DNA of 22,935 nt from Methanothrix sp. (GCA_040770465.1 JAXGJB010000042.1:1-22935); one strand, 5' to 3'. Positions 8,895 through 18,200 are shown, counted from the first letter of the stretch. Notes: a model not told the origin generated them from the letters alone. Translations and numbers: made by a program.

Positions 8895-9635
8895 ATGACG
8901 GCTCGGCTGAAGATCGAAGGGGAGATGATAAGAGGGAGGTTTCTCTCCAGGACTAGCAGGTTCTCAGTCCGAGCCGAGCTGGCGGAAGGCCCGGCCAAAG
9001 CAGAAAACGAAACTGAAAAGCTCAATTGCCACCTTCAAAACCCCGGAAGGTTGAAAGAGCTCCTCGTACCCGGCGCTGAGCTCCTTCTCCGGCCAGCGAA
9101 AAACCCGGATCGGAGAAAGACGAAGTTCGACCTCTTCGCCGTCGTTATTGGAGGCGGGGTTGTGGTTGTCGACTCGCGAATTCCAAATCAACTCATCCGG
9201 GTCGCCCTCGAATCCGGAGATATTCAGGAGTTCGCGGGATACGAGCTCGTGAAGTCCGAACCGTCTTTTGGCAATAGCAGGCTCGACTTCCTCCTCGCAG
9301 GCGAGAGGCTCTGTCTTGTGGAGGTTAAGAGCTGCACCCTGGTGCGAGACGGGGTCGCCCTCTTCCCAGACGCCCCCACCAAGAGAGGACGCCGCCACCT
9401 ATTGGAGCTTCTTAAGGCTCACCGGCAGGGCTACCGGACCGCCGTCGTCTTCGTCATCCAGAGGGAGGACGCGAGGGTCTTCATCCCCAACGACGAGACC
9501 GACCCAGACTTCGGCGCCGCCCTCAGGGCCGCTGCAGCAGGCGGCGTTGAGCCGATCGCCCTCGCCACCCGTTACCGGGACGGGTTCATCGAACTGATCG
9601 GCGAGGTCCCCGTCAGACTATCCGGCCGCAAATAA
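8895..9635 (+). CDS. sfsA: DNA/RNA nuclease SfsA (sugar fermentation stimulation protein)
   Basis: HLQNPGRLKELL, RKT, SRLDFLL, VEVKSCTL, FPDAPTKRGRRHL, FVIQR. Start moved to ATG 8895 to avoid overlapping the xseA start. Confidence 0.95.
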   Translation: MTARLKIEGEMIRGRFLSRTSRFSVRAELAEGPAKAENETEKLNCHLQNPGRLKELLVPGAELLLRPAKNPDRRKTKFDLFAVVIGGGVVVVDSRIPNQLIRVALESGDIQEFAGYELVKSEPSFGNSRLDFLLAGERLCLVEVKSCTLVRDGVALFPDAPTKRGRRHLLELLKAHRQGYRTAVVFVIQREDARVFIPNDETDPDFGAALRAAAAGGVEPIALATRYRDGFIELIGEVPVRLSGRK

Positions 9636-9653
9636 AGTTAATTGATCCCATCT

Positions 9654-9670
9654 CAAGCAAACTTTATAAG
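9654..9670 (+). promoter_or_regulatory. BRE/TATA promoter of cbiMNQO
   Basis: CAAGCAAAC-TTTATAA (TATA at 9663-9669), about 55 bp upstream of the TTG start at 9725. Confidence 0.55.
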
Positions 9671-9724
9671 GCATGATCTCCCACCTCGCTGTTGAGAACC
9701 ACCCCCCGAGTAGGAAGTGATAAT

Positions 9725-10423
9725 TTGCACATCATGGAAGGTTTTCTGCCCCATCCCTGGTGGGAGATCTGGTACGCCCTCTCCCTCCCCGTCGTTGTTT
9801 ACGGAATTTACAGGATGAACAGGCTCGTGAAGGAGAGGAGGGAGACCCTCCCCCTCCTGGCCCTCGCAGGTGCCTTCATCTTCGTCCTCTCCTCCCTCAA
9901 GCTCCCCTCCGTCACCGGGTCCTGCTCCCATCCAACGGGGACCGGCATGGGCGCCATCCTCTTCGGCCCCGCCCTGACCGCGGTTCTTAGCCTGATAGTC
10001 CTCGTCTACCAGGCGCTCTTCCTCGCCCACGGCGGGATCACCACCCTCGGCGCCAACGTCTTCTCCATGGGGATCGCGGGGCCGGTGGTCGCCTACCTGG
10101 TCTACAAGGGATGCGCGAGAGCTAACCTCAACTTCTACGTCTCGATCTTCCTCGCTGCCACCCTTGCTGACTGGGCGACGTACCTCGTCACCTCAATCCA
10201 GCTGGCCCTCGCCTTCCCGTCAGCTACAGGCGGCGTCCTCGGGTCCTTTTACGCCTTCGGGACGGTCTTCGCCGTCACCCAGGTTCCTTTAGCCATCGTT
10301 GAGGGGGTCGTCACCGCCCTGGTATTCAAGTACATAATCCAGGTCAGGGGGGACGTCATGGTGAGGCTGAAGGTGATCGACGAGAAGAGGCTCGGAAAGC
10401 TGAGGGAGGTGATCTCGGCATGA
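9725..10423 (+). CDS. cbiM: Cobalt ECF transporter substrate-binding component CbiM
   Basis: Canonical N-terminus MHIMEGFLP from TTG 9725 with a GGAAGTGA RBS; GSCSHPTG, AHGGITTLGAN, TQVPLAIVEG. Confidence 0.96.
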   Translation: MHIMEGFLPHPWWEIWYALSLPVVVYGIYRMNRLVKERRETLPLLALAGAFIFVLSSLKLPSVTGSCSHPTGTGMGAILFGPALTAVLSLIVLVYQALFLAHGGITTLGANVFSMGIAGPVVAYLVYKGCARANLNFYVSIFLAATLADWATYLVTSIQLALAFPSATGGVLGSFYAFGTVFAVTQVPLAIVEGVVTALVFKYIIQVRGDVMVRLKVIDEKRLGKLREVISA

Positions 10424-10725
10424 AAGGAGAGCTCTTAGCCGGAACGGTGATATTGCTATTTGTGGCCGCGTTTCTCTACGTCGCCGGATCGAACACCGGA
10501 GCCGAATGGGGCGGTGCCGACGGCGAGGCGGAAGGGGTGATCGAAGAGCTGACCGGTGGCACCTACGAGCCCTGGTTTGAGCCGATACTTGAGCCGCCGA
10601 GCGGCGAGATCGAGAGCCTCCTCTTCAGCCTCCAGGCGGCGATAGGAGCGATCATAATCGGATACTTCTTCGGCTACTACCGGGGAAGACAATCCGCCGA
10701 GCCGCATCACGTTGCTGAGGAATGA
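10420..10725 (+). CDS. cbiN: Cobalt ECF transporter component CbiN
   Basis: WGGADG, YEPWFEP..EPPSGEIESLLFSLQAAIGA; ATGA overlap with cbiM. Confidence 0.96.
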   Translation: MKGELLAGTVILLFVAAFLYVAGSNTGAEWGGADGEAEGVIEELTGGTYEPWFEPILEPPSGEIESLLFSLQAAIGAIIIGYFFGYYRGRQSAEPHHVAEE

Positions 10726-10728
10726 GCC

Positions 10729-11514
10729 TTGCCCGCCACCCTCCTGGACGACTACGCCCTCAACAGCCCCCTCCGGAACAATAACAACCAGCTGAAGCTA
10801 GCCCTTGTGGCCGCGGCCCTCCTGGTCGGGGTCTCCTCGACCTCGCCCGTGGCCCCCCTCTTCATCGCTCTGTCCATGAGCCTTGCCACAATCCGATTCG
10901 GAAAGATCCCGGCCAGATTTTACGGCGAGCTGATCCTCGCCCCCCTGAGCTTCGCCCTCTTCGGGGCTGCTATCATCCTCCTCTTCTTCGGGTCCGGACC
11001 GGATATATTCTCCTTCAACCTCCTGGGCCACCAGATCGGAGCCAGCGCCGCGGGGGCGGAACTCTCTCTCCTCGTCGTCTCCAGGACACTCAGCGGGATG
11101 TGCTGCCTCTTCTTTTTGGCCCTCACAACCCCCATGGTCGAGATCTTTGCGGTCCTCAAAGGGTTCAGGGTCCCAGACTCCTTCGTCGAGCTTTCGATGA
11201 TGATCTACCGGTACATCTTCGTCTTCCTCGAGGTGGCGGTCAGAATGAGGCACGCCCAGGCGATGAGGCTCGGATACGACGGATTCAAAAGTTCTATCAA
11301 CTCCCTCTCCATCCTGGCGGGATCCCTCTTCCTCAGAACCTGGGAGCAGGGCGAGAAGCTCTACATCGCCATGGACGCGAGGTGCTACGACGGAAAGCTC
11401 TCCCTCTTCGAGGAGAATAGGCCCATAAAGATCCAGGAGCTTCTGGCCGCCTCGGGATACGTCACCATCATCGCAGCCCTCGCCTACCTCTCGCGAGGAA
11501 CCTGCCTGTTCTGA
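10729..11514 (+). CDS. cbiQ: Cobalt ECF transporter T component CbiQ
   Basis: LALTTPM, MIYRYIFVF, AQAMRLGY, AMDARCYDG. Confidence 0.95.
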   Translation: MPATLLDDYALNSPLRNNNNQLKLALVAAALLVGVSSTSPVAPLFIALSMSLATIRFGKIPARFYGELILAPLSFALFGAAIILLFFGSGPDIFSFNLLGHQIGASAAGAELSLLVVSRTLSGMCCLFFLALTTPMVEIFAVLKGFRVPDSFVELSMMIYRYIFVFLEVAVRMRHAQAMRLGYDGFKSSINSLSILAGSLFLRTWEQGEKLYIAMDARCYDGKLSLFEENRPIKIQELLAASGYVTIIAALAYLSRGTCLF

Positions 11515-11523
11515 GGCGAAACG

Positions 11524-12837
11524 ATGAGCCTTCTGGAGACGAAGAACCTCAGCTACACCTATCCCGACGGAACCCCTGCCGTCCGGGAGGTCGACCTCAG
11601 AATCGAGACGGGCGAAAAGATAGCCTTCGTCGGGCCCAACGGCTCGGGAAAGTCCACCCTATTTCTGCTCTTGAACGGGACCCTCCGTCCTTCCGGAGGC
11701 GAGGTCCTCTTCTGTGGAAAGCCAATCCGATACGACCCCCGCTCCCTCCGGGAGACGAGGAGGAGGGTGGGTATAGTCTTCCAGAACTCCGACGACCAGC
11801 TCTTCGCCCCCACCGTCCGCCAGGATGTGGGCTTCGGCCCTGCAAACCTCGGTCTGGCCAGGAGCGAGGTGGAGAAGAAGGTCGATCTCGCCCTCGAATA
11901 CGTGGGGATAGAGGGGCTGAAAGATAGGCCGCCTCACCACCTCAGCGGCGGCCAGAAGAAGAGGGCGGCCATCGCCGGGGTTATGGCGATGGACCCCGAG
12001 GTGATGATCCTCGACGAGCCCCTATCAAACCTCGACCCTGCAGGCTCTGAAGAGGTGATGGAACTACTCGAGGAGCTGAACCAGAGGGGTACGACGATAA
12101 TCATATCCACCCACGACGTCGACCTGGCTTACCGGTGGTCTGACCGCGTATACCTCCTTGCCGACGGGAAGGTCGCAGATCAGGGGAGGCCCGAAGAGAT
12201 CTTCGGAAACTCGAGGCTGATCTTCGGATCGGGGCTCAGGCAGCCCATGATAATGGAGGTCTACGACGAGATCTCGAAGAGAGAGCTGGCACCACCCGGG
12301 AAAAAGCCGAGGAACGTCCCCGAGCTGGTGGGCCACCTCCGCCCGCCGGACCTCCGGTGGATGAGGGTTCCTTCCGGAACCGAGGTGGGAGAGACGATAT
12401 ACCCCGGCCGGACCGAGAATGGCGATCCGCTCCTCGATCAATCCGGAGAGGTGAGGGTGATCCATCTCCAGGGGGGCAGAGCGGTGGTGGAGCCCCTGCA
12501 CCGACCGACGAGGATTGGCCGCGTCATCGTCTACAACACCGACCGCCAGGACGATCAAAAGCTGGACGGGCTTTTAGAGGATGGGACGATCGATCTTGTG
12601 GGGGTGATGGGAACCAGAAGCAGGGCCTTCGCTGAAAGGCATGGGATCTGTGCAGATATAGCGTCGAACGTCATAGACAAGACCATACTTCGGGCCCTCT
12701 GTGGAGACGCGGTCCTCATCCTCACAAACGGTGGGATGGTGGAGCATTCCAGGAGACGGATCGAGGATTATTGCCGGCAGAGCGGAATCTTGATCGAGGT
12801 CGCCGTCATCAACGGAAAAGCACTCGAAGAGCGATGA
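11524..12837 (+). CDS. cbiO: Cobalt ECF transporter ATPase CbiO with C-terminal extension
   Basis: Walker A GPNGSGKST, Q-loop FQNSDDQLF, LSGGQKKR, Walker B ILDEP, H-loop STHD; about 150 extra C-terminal residues. Confidence 0.95.
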   Translation: MSLLETKNLSYTYPDGTPAVREVDLRIETGEKIAFVGPNGSGKSTLFLLLNGTLRPSGGEVLFCGKPIRYDPRSLRETRRRVGIVFQNSDDQLFAPTVRQDVGFGPANLGLARSEVEKKVDLALEYVGIEGLKDRPPHHLSGGQKKRAAIAGVMAMDPEVMILDEPLSNLDPAGSEEVMELLEELNQRGTTIIISTHDVDLAYRWSDRVYLLADGKVADQGRPEEIFGNSRLIFGSGLRQPMIMEVYDEISKRELAPPGKKPRNVPELVGHLRPPDLRWMRVPSGTEVGETIYPGRTENGDPLLDQSGEVRVIHLQGGRAVVEPLHRPTRIGRVIVYNTDRQDDQKLDGLLEDGTIDLVGVMGTRSRAFAERHGICADIASNVIDKTILRALCGDAVLILTNGGMVEHSRRRIEDYCRQSGILIEVAVINGKALEER

Positions 12838-12859
12838 AACCGAAGCACTCGAAGAGCGA
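12818..12859 (+). repeat. 17-bp direct repeat across the cbiO stop
   Basis: AAGCACTCGAAGAGCGA at 12818-12834 and 12843-12859. Confidence 0.9.
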
Positions 12860-13064
12860 CGATTCGATCTGACCGACTCCACCGACCCGGGCAATAGAGG
12901 CGGAACAGATCATCCTCTCTCGGGAGGAACTCGATGTGACACGATCACCTCAGAATCGGCGGCTCGATAAAATTTAAATCATTAATCAATATTGTTCCTA
13001 AGATATCTATGTCGCGGGATTTTAGTAGGAACAGTTTATAAATAAAACAGCATGGCTAACCGAA

Positions 13065-13165
13065 GGTTTGGATGATCCTTATCACCGACAAAAGTAGGTG
13101 TGAGCGGGTAGGGGAGTGGGGGTTAGTGAAAAATCAGTTTACCCGCTCGTGTGTATACCTCTGGC
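13065..13165. ncRNA. Candidate structured small RNA in the cbiO-larB convergent gap
   Basis: Perfect 9-bp stem GAGCGGGTA (13102-13110) / TACCCGCTC (13140-13148), extendable by AGGTGT/ATACCT; TATA-like boxes on both sides face inwards. Boundaries approximate. Confidence 0.35.
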
Positions 13166-13208
13166 TGATTGTATAAATAGTTTTCCGGCCACTAATTCAA
13201 GACTGCCA

Positions 13209-13988
13209 TTACATATTTCTCATATTGGCAGCACGATTGGCGATCTTTGCGGCAAAAGCGCCAGCCACAAACCCAGCGTCGATGTTGACCACGGCCATAA
13301 CAGAACAGGACTGGAGCATGGAGAGGAGGGCGGCCTCACCCCTGCCACCGGCGCCGTATCCCGTGGAGACTGGAAGCCCCACCACGGGAATCTCCACCAG
13401 ACCCGCCACCACTGCCGGAAGGGTTCCCTCCCGGCCTGCGGCCACCACCAGGGCATCCATATCAAGCATCTTCTCCAGGGACGGGAAGAGCCGATGAATT
13501 CCGGCTACACCGACGTCATACTCCGCCGCCGTCTCGCATCCCAACAGTTCCGCGGTCACCCTCGCCTCCTCGGCGACGGGGATGTCGGCGGTTCCCGCTG
13601 AAAGAACCCCCACCTTCCCCCCGGAAGGCCCGGGCAGAGGCTCTTTCAGCAGCACCGCCGATTTCGCCCTCTCCTCCCATCTGATCTCAGACCCTTCCGG
13701 GAGCGGGGCTCGTTTCAAGGCTGCGTACTGTTCTGATGAGACCCTGGTGATGAGGACCATCTTCGAAGCCTCCAGGAAGGAGAGGGCTATCTCCACCAGA
13801 TCTGAAGGGCTCTTCCCCTCCGCCAGGATCGCCTCGGGAACACCGATCCTGTCTACCCGGCTCGGATCGATCTTGGCCATCTTCCCCACCTCCCGATAGG
13901 AGAGTAGGTTTGCCTCCCGGGCGGCAGCGTCCAGGGAGATCTCGCCGCGAGCGAATCTCTCAAGGATATCGTTGAGGTTAGAAGTCAC
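13209..13988 (-). CDS. larB: Nickel pincer cofactor biosynthesis protein LarB (NCAIR mutase/PurE-like)
   Basis: AKIDPSRVDRIGVPEAILAEGK, SAGTADIPVAEEA, YDVGVAGIHRL, AGREGTLPAVVAGL, PVSTGYG, VVNIDAGFVAG. Start moved to GTG 13988 (MTSNLNDILE); the 14264 start would overlap endoQ. Confidence 0.93.
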   Translation of the reverse strand: MTSNLNDILERFARGEISLDAAAREANLLSYREVGKMAKIDPSRVDRIGVPEAILAEGKSPSDLVEIALSFLEASKMVLITRVSSEQYAALKRAPLPEGSEIRWEERAKSAVLLKEPLPGPSGGKVGVLSAGTADIPVAEEARVTAELLGCETAAEYDVGVAGIHRLFPSLEKMLDMDALVVAAGREGTLPAVVAGLVEIPVVGLPVSTGYGAGGRGEAALLSMLQSCSVMAVVNIDAGFVAGAFAAKIANRAANMRNM

Positions 13989-14008
13989 CGCCCAATGTTT
14001 CGTTCCTG

Positions 14009-14046
14009 GGGATAAATGGTTTATCCCGAACCGGCTGTTATAGCCG
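14009..14046. promoter_or_regulatory. Two palindromes in the larB/endoQ divergent promoter
   Basis: GGGATAAA-TGG-TTTATCCC (14009-14027) and CGGCT-N5-AGCCG (14032-14046). Confidence 0.6.
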
Positions 14047-14049
14047 ACG

Positions 14050-15252
14050 ATGAAAGTCAACCTCGATCTCCACATCCACTCGCGGTACTCCGCGGCCACC
14101 TCCAGCAAGATGGACCTCGCCACCATCGCAAAAGAGGCCGGCAAGAAGGGGATCGGGGTGGTGGCAACCGGGGACTGTCTCCATTCGAGATGGATGGCGG
14201 AGGTGAGAGAGCTTCCCGAGGAAGAAGGGCTCTTCTGGCTCGAGGAGACGGCCTTCGTCCTCACCGTTGAGGTGGAGGACTCAGCAAAGGTCCATCATCT
14301 CATAATCGTCCCTGACCTCTCCAAGGCTACGGAGCTTCGGGAGGCGTTCTTGGGCCGGGGAGCAAGCCTCGACTCCGACGGAAGGCCCACCCTCCGGATG
14401 ACCCCGCCGGAGATCGCAGACATCGCCCTGGAGGCGGGCTGTCTCATAGGACCAGGCCACGCCTTCACCCCCTGGACGGGGATGTACGCCCACTATCCGT
14501 CCCTTGGGGACTGCTACCAGGATCGGGCTGACCAGATCATCTACGTCGAGCTGGGCCTCTCCGCCGACTCCGACTACGCCGACCGGATAGCCGAGCTGAG
14601 GGAGAGGACATTTCTAACAAACTCAGACGCCCACTCTCCTTGGCCGAACAAGCTGGGAAGAGAGTTCAACCAGATGGAGATGAAGGATATATCCTTCGAG
14701 GATCTGAGACGGGCGATCGCCCGCGAAGGCGGGTGCCGCCCAACGTTGAACGTCGGCTTCTGGCCGGACGAGGGGAAGTACAACCGGACCGCGTGTACGC
14801 GATGCTACACGCATTACTCACCCCAAGAGATGACCGATAGGAGGGGGAGGTGCGAATGCGGGGGTCTGATCAAGCTGGGTGTAAAAGACAGGGTGGAGAT
14901 GCTGGCGGACGGCCCCGATCCGGTCCATCCCGACCACCGTCCCCCATACCTCCATCTGATACCTCTCGCGGAGATCATCGCCATGGCCCTGGGAGTCAAA
15001 AGCGTCTATTCGGCAAAGGTCCAGAAGGTCTGGAACGAGCTCGTCAGGGGAAGAAGCGAGATCGAGGTTCTGGTGGAGGCGGACCTCTCGGAGCTTTCGG
15101 CCGAAGATAGGGTCGTCGAGGCGATCCAGGCCTTCAGGTCTGGAGAGGTGATGGTGAAACCCGGCGGCGGCGGAAGGTACGGCAGCGTCTCGCTCAGGGA
15201 AGAGCATGTAGAGAAAAAGGCTGATGACCAGCGGTCGCTCTTTGATTTTTAA
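14050..15252 (+). CDS. endoQ: Endonuclease Q (PHP-family, TIGR00375-like) DNA repair endonuclease
   Basis: DLHIHSRYSAATS, TGDCLH, HAFTPWTG, ELGLSAD, NSDAHS, LGREFN, GKYNRTACTRC...CECGG zinc finger, RPPYLHLIPLAEI, PGGGGRYG. Confidence 0.92.
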   Translation: MKVNLDLHIHSRYSAATSSKMDLATIAKEAGKKGIGVVATGDCLHSRWMAEVRELPEEEGLFWLEETAFVLTVEVEDSAKVHHLIIVPDLSKATELREAFLGRGASLDSDGRPTLRMTPPEIADIALEAGCLIGPGHAFTPWTGMYAHYPSLGDCYQDRADQIIYVELGLSADSDYADRIAELRERTFLTNSDAHSPWPNKLGREFNQMEMKDISFEDLRRAIAREGGCRPTLNVGFWPDEGKYNRTACTRCYTHYSPQEMTDRRGRCECGGLIKLGVKDRVEMLADGPDPVHPDHRPPYLHLIPLAEIIAMALGVKSVYSAKVQKVWNELVRGRSEIEVLVEADLSELSAEDRVVEAIQAFRSGEVMVKPGGGGRYGSVSLREEHVEKKADDQRSLFDF

Positions 15253-15291
15253 AAATTGGGAGTCGTCACGATTGGCTCGTGACGATCCTGA
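15245..15291 (-). terminator. Hairpin over the stop codon plus T-tract at the end of the large surface-protein gene
   Basis: TCGTCACGA-TTGGC-TCGTGACGA (15263-15285), followed on the minus strand by CCCAATTTTT. Confidence 0.55.
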
Positions 15292-18200
15292 CCTCGTTTC
15301 CTGAAGTTCCCGGGCCTGTCGAGTTCGCGGCCTGATCTTCGATGGTTATGTTCCCGAAATTGAATAGATCGGTCCCCGAGCAGCTCTCTCTCTGGGTCTG
15401 AGTCTTATCGATCTCGATCTTGTTATTGGCAAGGCCGTCTACATAGCTCATATCCCAGGCGAGAGCAGTCTGATCTCCGAGCCGAATGAAATCCTCGTTC
15501 CGTCTCTCATGCCTATAGTTCAGGAATTCCAGGCTCATAGAGCTTCGATTGACGATTTCGACCGAGTAGCAATCCGGTCCTCTGGGACATGTCTGAATCC
15601 AGTCTGATTTCGTCTCCTCGCAGACGGTGTAGCTTCCTGGTGGCAGGTTGCAGATCTTCCAGAACCCGTCACCACCCGTTGTGGTGACGGGCTCACGAGG
15701 GTCCGCAGTTCTGTCTCCATCCTCGTCGATGAAGATGGTCCAGTTCTCGAGAGGCTCATCCGTGGGATCCACCACCCCGTCGCCGTCCTTGTCCCAGTAC
15801 TTGTGGCCGGATAGGCAGTATATCCCGGTGTTGCAGAAGTCGATACCGGTCACGTTTTCAGTGGTTATATTGACGGGATCATAATATCCGCCCGGAGGAT
15901 ATGTCGGCCTCCATCCCTCCAACACCACCTCAGAGACGTTGTACTTTCCTGGGATGAGGTTGCAGATCTGCCAGCGGCCGCCGGCATCGGTGGTGTCGTT
16001 CGGCTCGCCGGGATCGAGGATGCCGCTGTCGTTCAGGTCGACGAAGATCGTCCAGTTTCCGAGCGGAGGATCGTTATCGTCTCTGAAACCGTTGCCGTTC
16101 TTGTCCCAGTACTTGGAGCCGGATATGCAATGGTAGCAGACAGTGTCCACCGCGGTCGAGTCGTTGGCGGTGACGGGATCGCCGCAGGCATCTGTAGCCT
16201 CAGCAACGACGATGTTCACTATCGGTTGACATAGATCATCTTTGACCACCACGTAGGTCTGGCGGGTCAAATTGCACTCCCCTTTTTCAAGTTTGGCCAC
16301 GCTATACCCGCCGGTTCGGTTGTCGTCGACGGTGACGTTGTAGAGGGTGAGGTTTCCGGTGTTGCAGACGGTGATCGTGTACTCGATCTCGTCGTCCAGC
16401 GATACGGGGCCGGAGGTGTTAGCGACCTTGGTGACGTTTATCGACGAGTTGTACTCCGTGGATACGTTGGACCATGCAACGTCCGTAATCACGGGGTCGC
16501 CGCAGTAATCGGTGCCGGTCGCCCGGGCGCTGTTGTTCACCGAACCGTTGCAGATGTCACGCTCGGTGACAGTGTAGATCGCCGTGACGGGCACGCATTG
16601 GCCCACGTTGATCGTGCCGATCTGGTGGTCGCCGGTGCGGTTGTCGTGGACCACCACGCCGTCGACGGTGAGGGTCCCGGAATTGCAGACGGTGATCGTG
16701 TACTCGATCTCGTCGTCAGGCGAGACGGGGCCGGAGGTGTTGGCCACCTTGGCGATGCTGATTGAAGCGTTGTACTCCGTCGAGACGTTCGACCAGGCCG
16801 GACCTGCCCCCACCCGTTTGCCGCAGTAATCGTAACCCGTCGCGTAGGCGCTGTTGTTCACCGAACCGTTGCAGATGTCAAGCTCTGTGACCGTGTAGAT
16901 CGCCGTGACGGGCACGCATTGGCCCACGTTGATCGTGCCGATGGGGTGGTCGCCGGTGCGGTTGTCGTGGACCACCACGCCGTCGACGGTGAGGGCCCCG
17001 GTGTTACAGACTGTGATCGTGTACTCGATCTCGTCGTCCGGCAAGACCGGACCGGAAGTATTGGCGACCTTGGTGATGTTGATCGAGGAGTTGTACCCCG
17101 CCGATACGTTGGCCAAAGCCGGACCTGTTCTTACGGGTCTGCCGCAGATGTCTTCACCGATGGCGTAGGCGCTGTTGTTGATCGAGCCGTTGCAGATGTC
17201 CAGCTCGGTGACGGTGTAAATCGGATACCAGATCTTACATTCGCTGACGTTTAGAGTCCCCATATCGCGGATTCCGGTCCGGTTGTCCACGATCGTCAGG
17301 TTGTAGATCGTGGTGTTCCCGGTGTTGCAGACCCTGATCGTGTACTCGATCTCTTCGTTCGGCGACACGGGACCAGAGGTGTTGGCCGTCTTGGTGATGT
17401 TGATAGACGCATCGTAGCTGGCGGTCACGTTCAACGTCGCGTTCGCCTTGGTCCTGACCGGATAGCCGCAGTGATCTATTCCGGCGGCGTTCGCGGTGTT
17501 GTTAACCCAGCCGCCACAGACGTCGCCGACGGTCACGGTGTATTTCGGGTCCGGGGTGACGTTCGCGCAATCGCCAGGATCAAGCGTTCCTAAGTTGTAA
17601 GGACCTCCCGTCAGACTGTCGTTGACCGTCACGTTGTAAACCGTGATGTCCCCGGTGTTGCAGACCCGGATGTAGTACTCGATGGCCTCGCCCAACCTCA
17701 GGGGATCGGTGGTGTTCGCAGTCTTGGTGATGTTGATGGAGGAGTTATAGGTCGTGCTCACGTTCCAGGTGGCGTTCTTATCGGTACCTATGAAATAGCC
17801 GCACTCGGCATCTCCTGTCGCGTTGGCGGTGTTGTTGATCCAGCCGCGACAGACGTCGTCGGGGGTCACCGTGTAATTCAGATCGACCGTGACGTTCCCA
17901 CACCCTCCGGGGACCAGAGTCCCTACCGAGAACGGGCTTCCAGATAAGAGGCTGTCGCGAACGGTGACGTTGGAGACGTTGACCGTCGCCTGGTTGCAGA
18001 CCTCGATCTCGTAGTCGATCACCTCGCCGACCCCGGCAGGGCCCGAGATGTTCCCGGTCTTGGTGATGTTCAGCTTCGAATCGTCGTAGGTGTACTTGAC
18101 GCACATCACGCTATCCGCATAGGTCTGAACAACTAGTATAGCACTGGCAGGACCAACCCACGTACCTTTGCCATCACTGCTGACTGGATAAGATTTGTTC

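Noticed and set aside
9670-9724. Cobalamin riboswitch upstream of cbiM
   Set aside because: Leader is too short and has no B12-box.
12960-13200. Replication origin in the AT-rich gap
   Set aside because: No ORB-like GTTCCAGTGGAAAC repeats and no cdc6/orc1 gene adjacent.
13989-14264. N-terminal extension of LarB in the ORF track
   Set aside because: It overlaps endoQ on the opposite strand; LarB similarity starts at GTG 13988.
15263-15285. UGA plus hairpin as a selenocysteine or readthrough signal
   Set aside because: The sequences after the stop differ between the two paralogues, a T-tract follows, and readthrough would run into the convergent endoQ.
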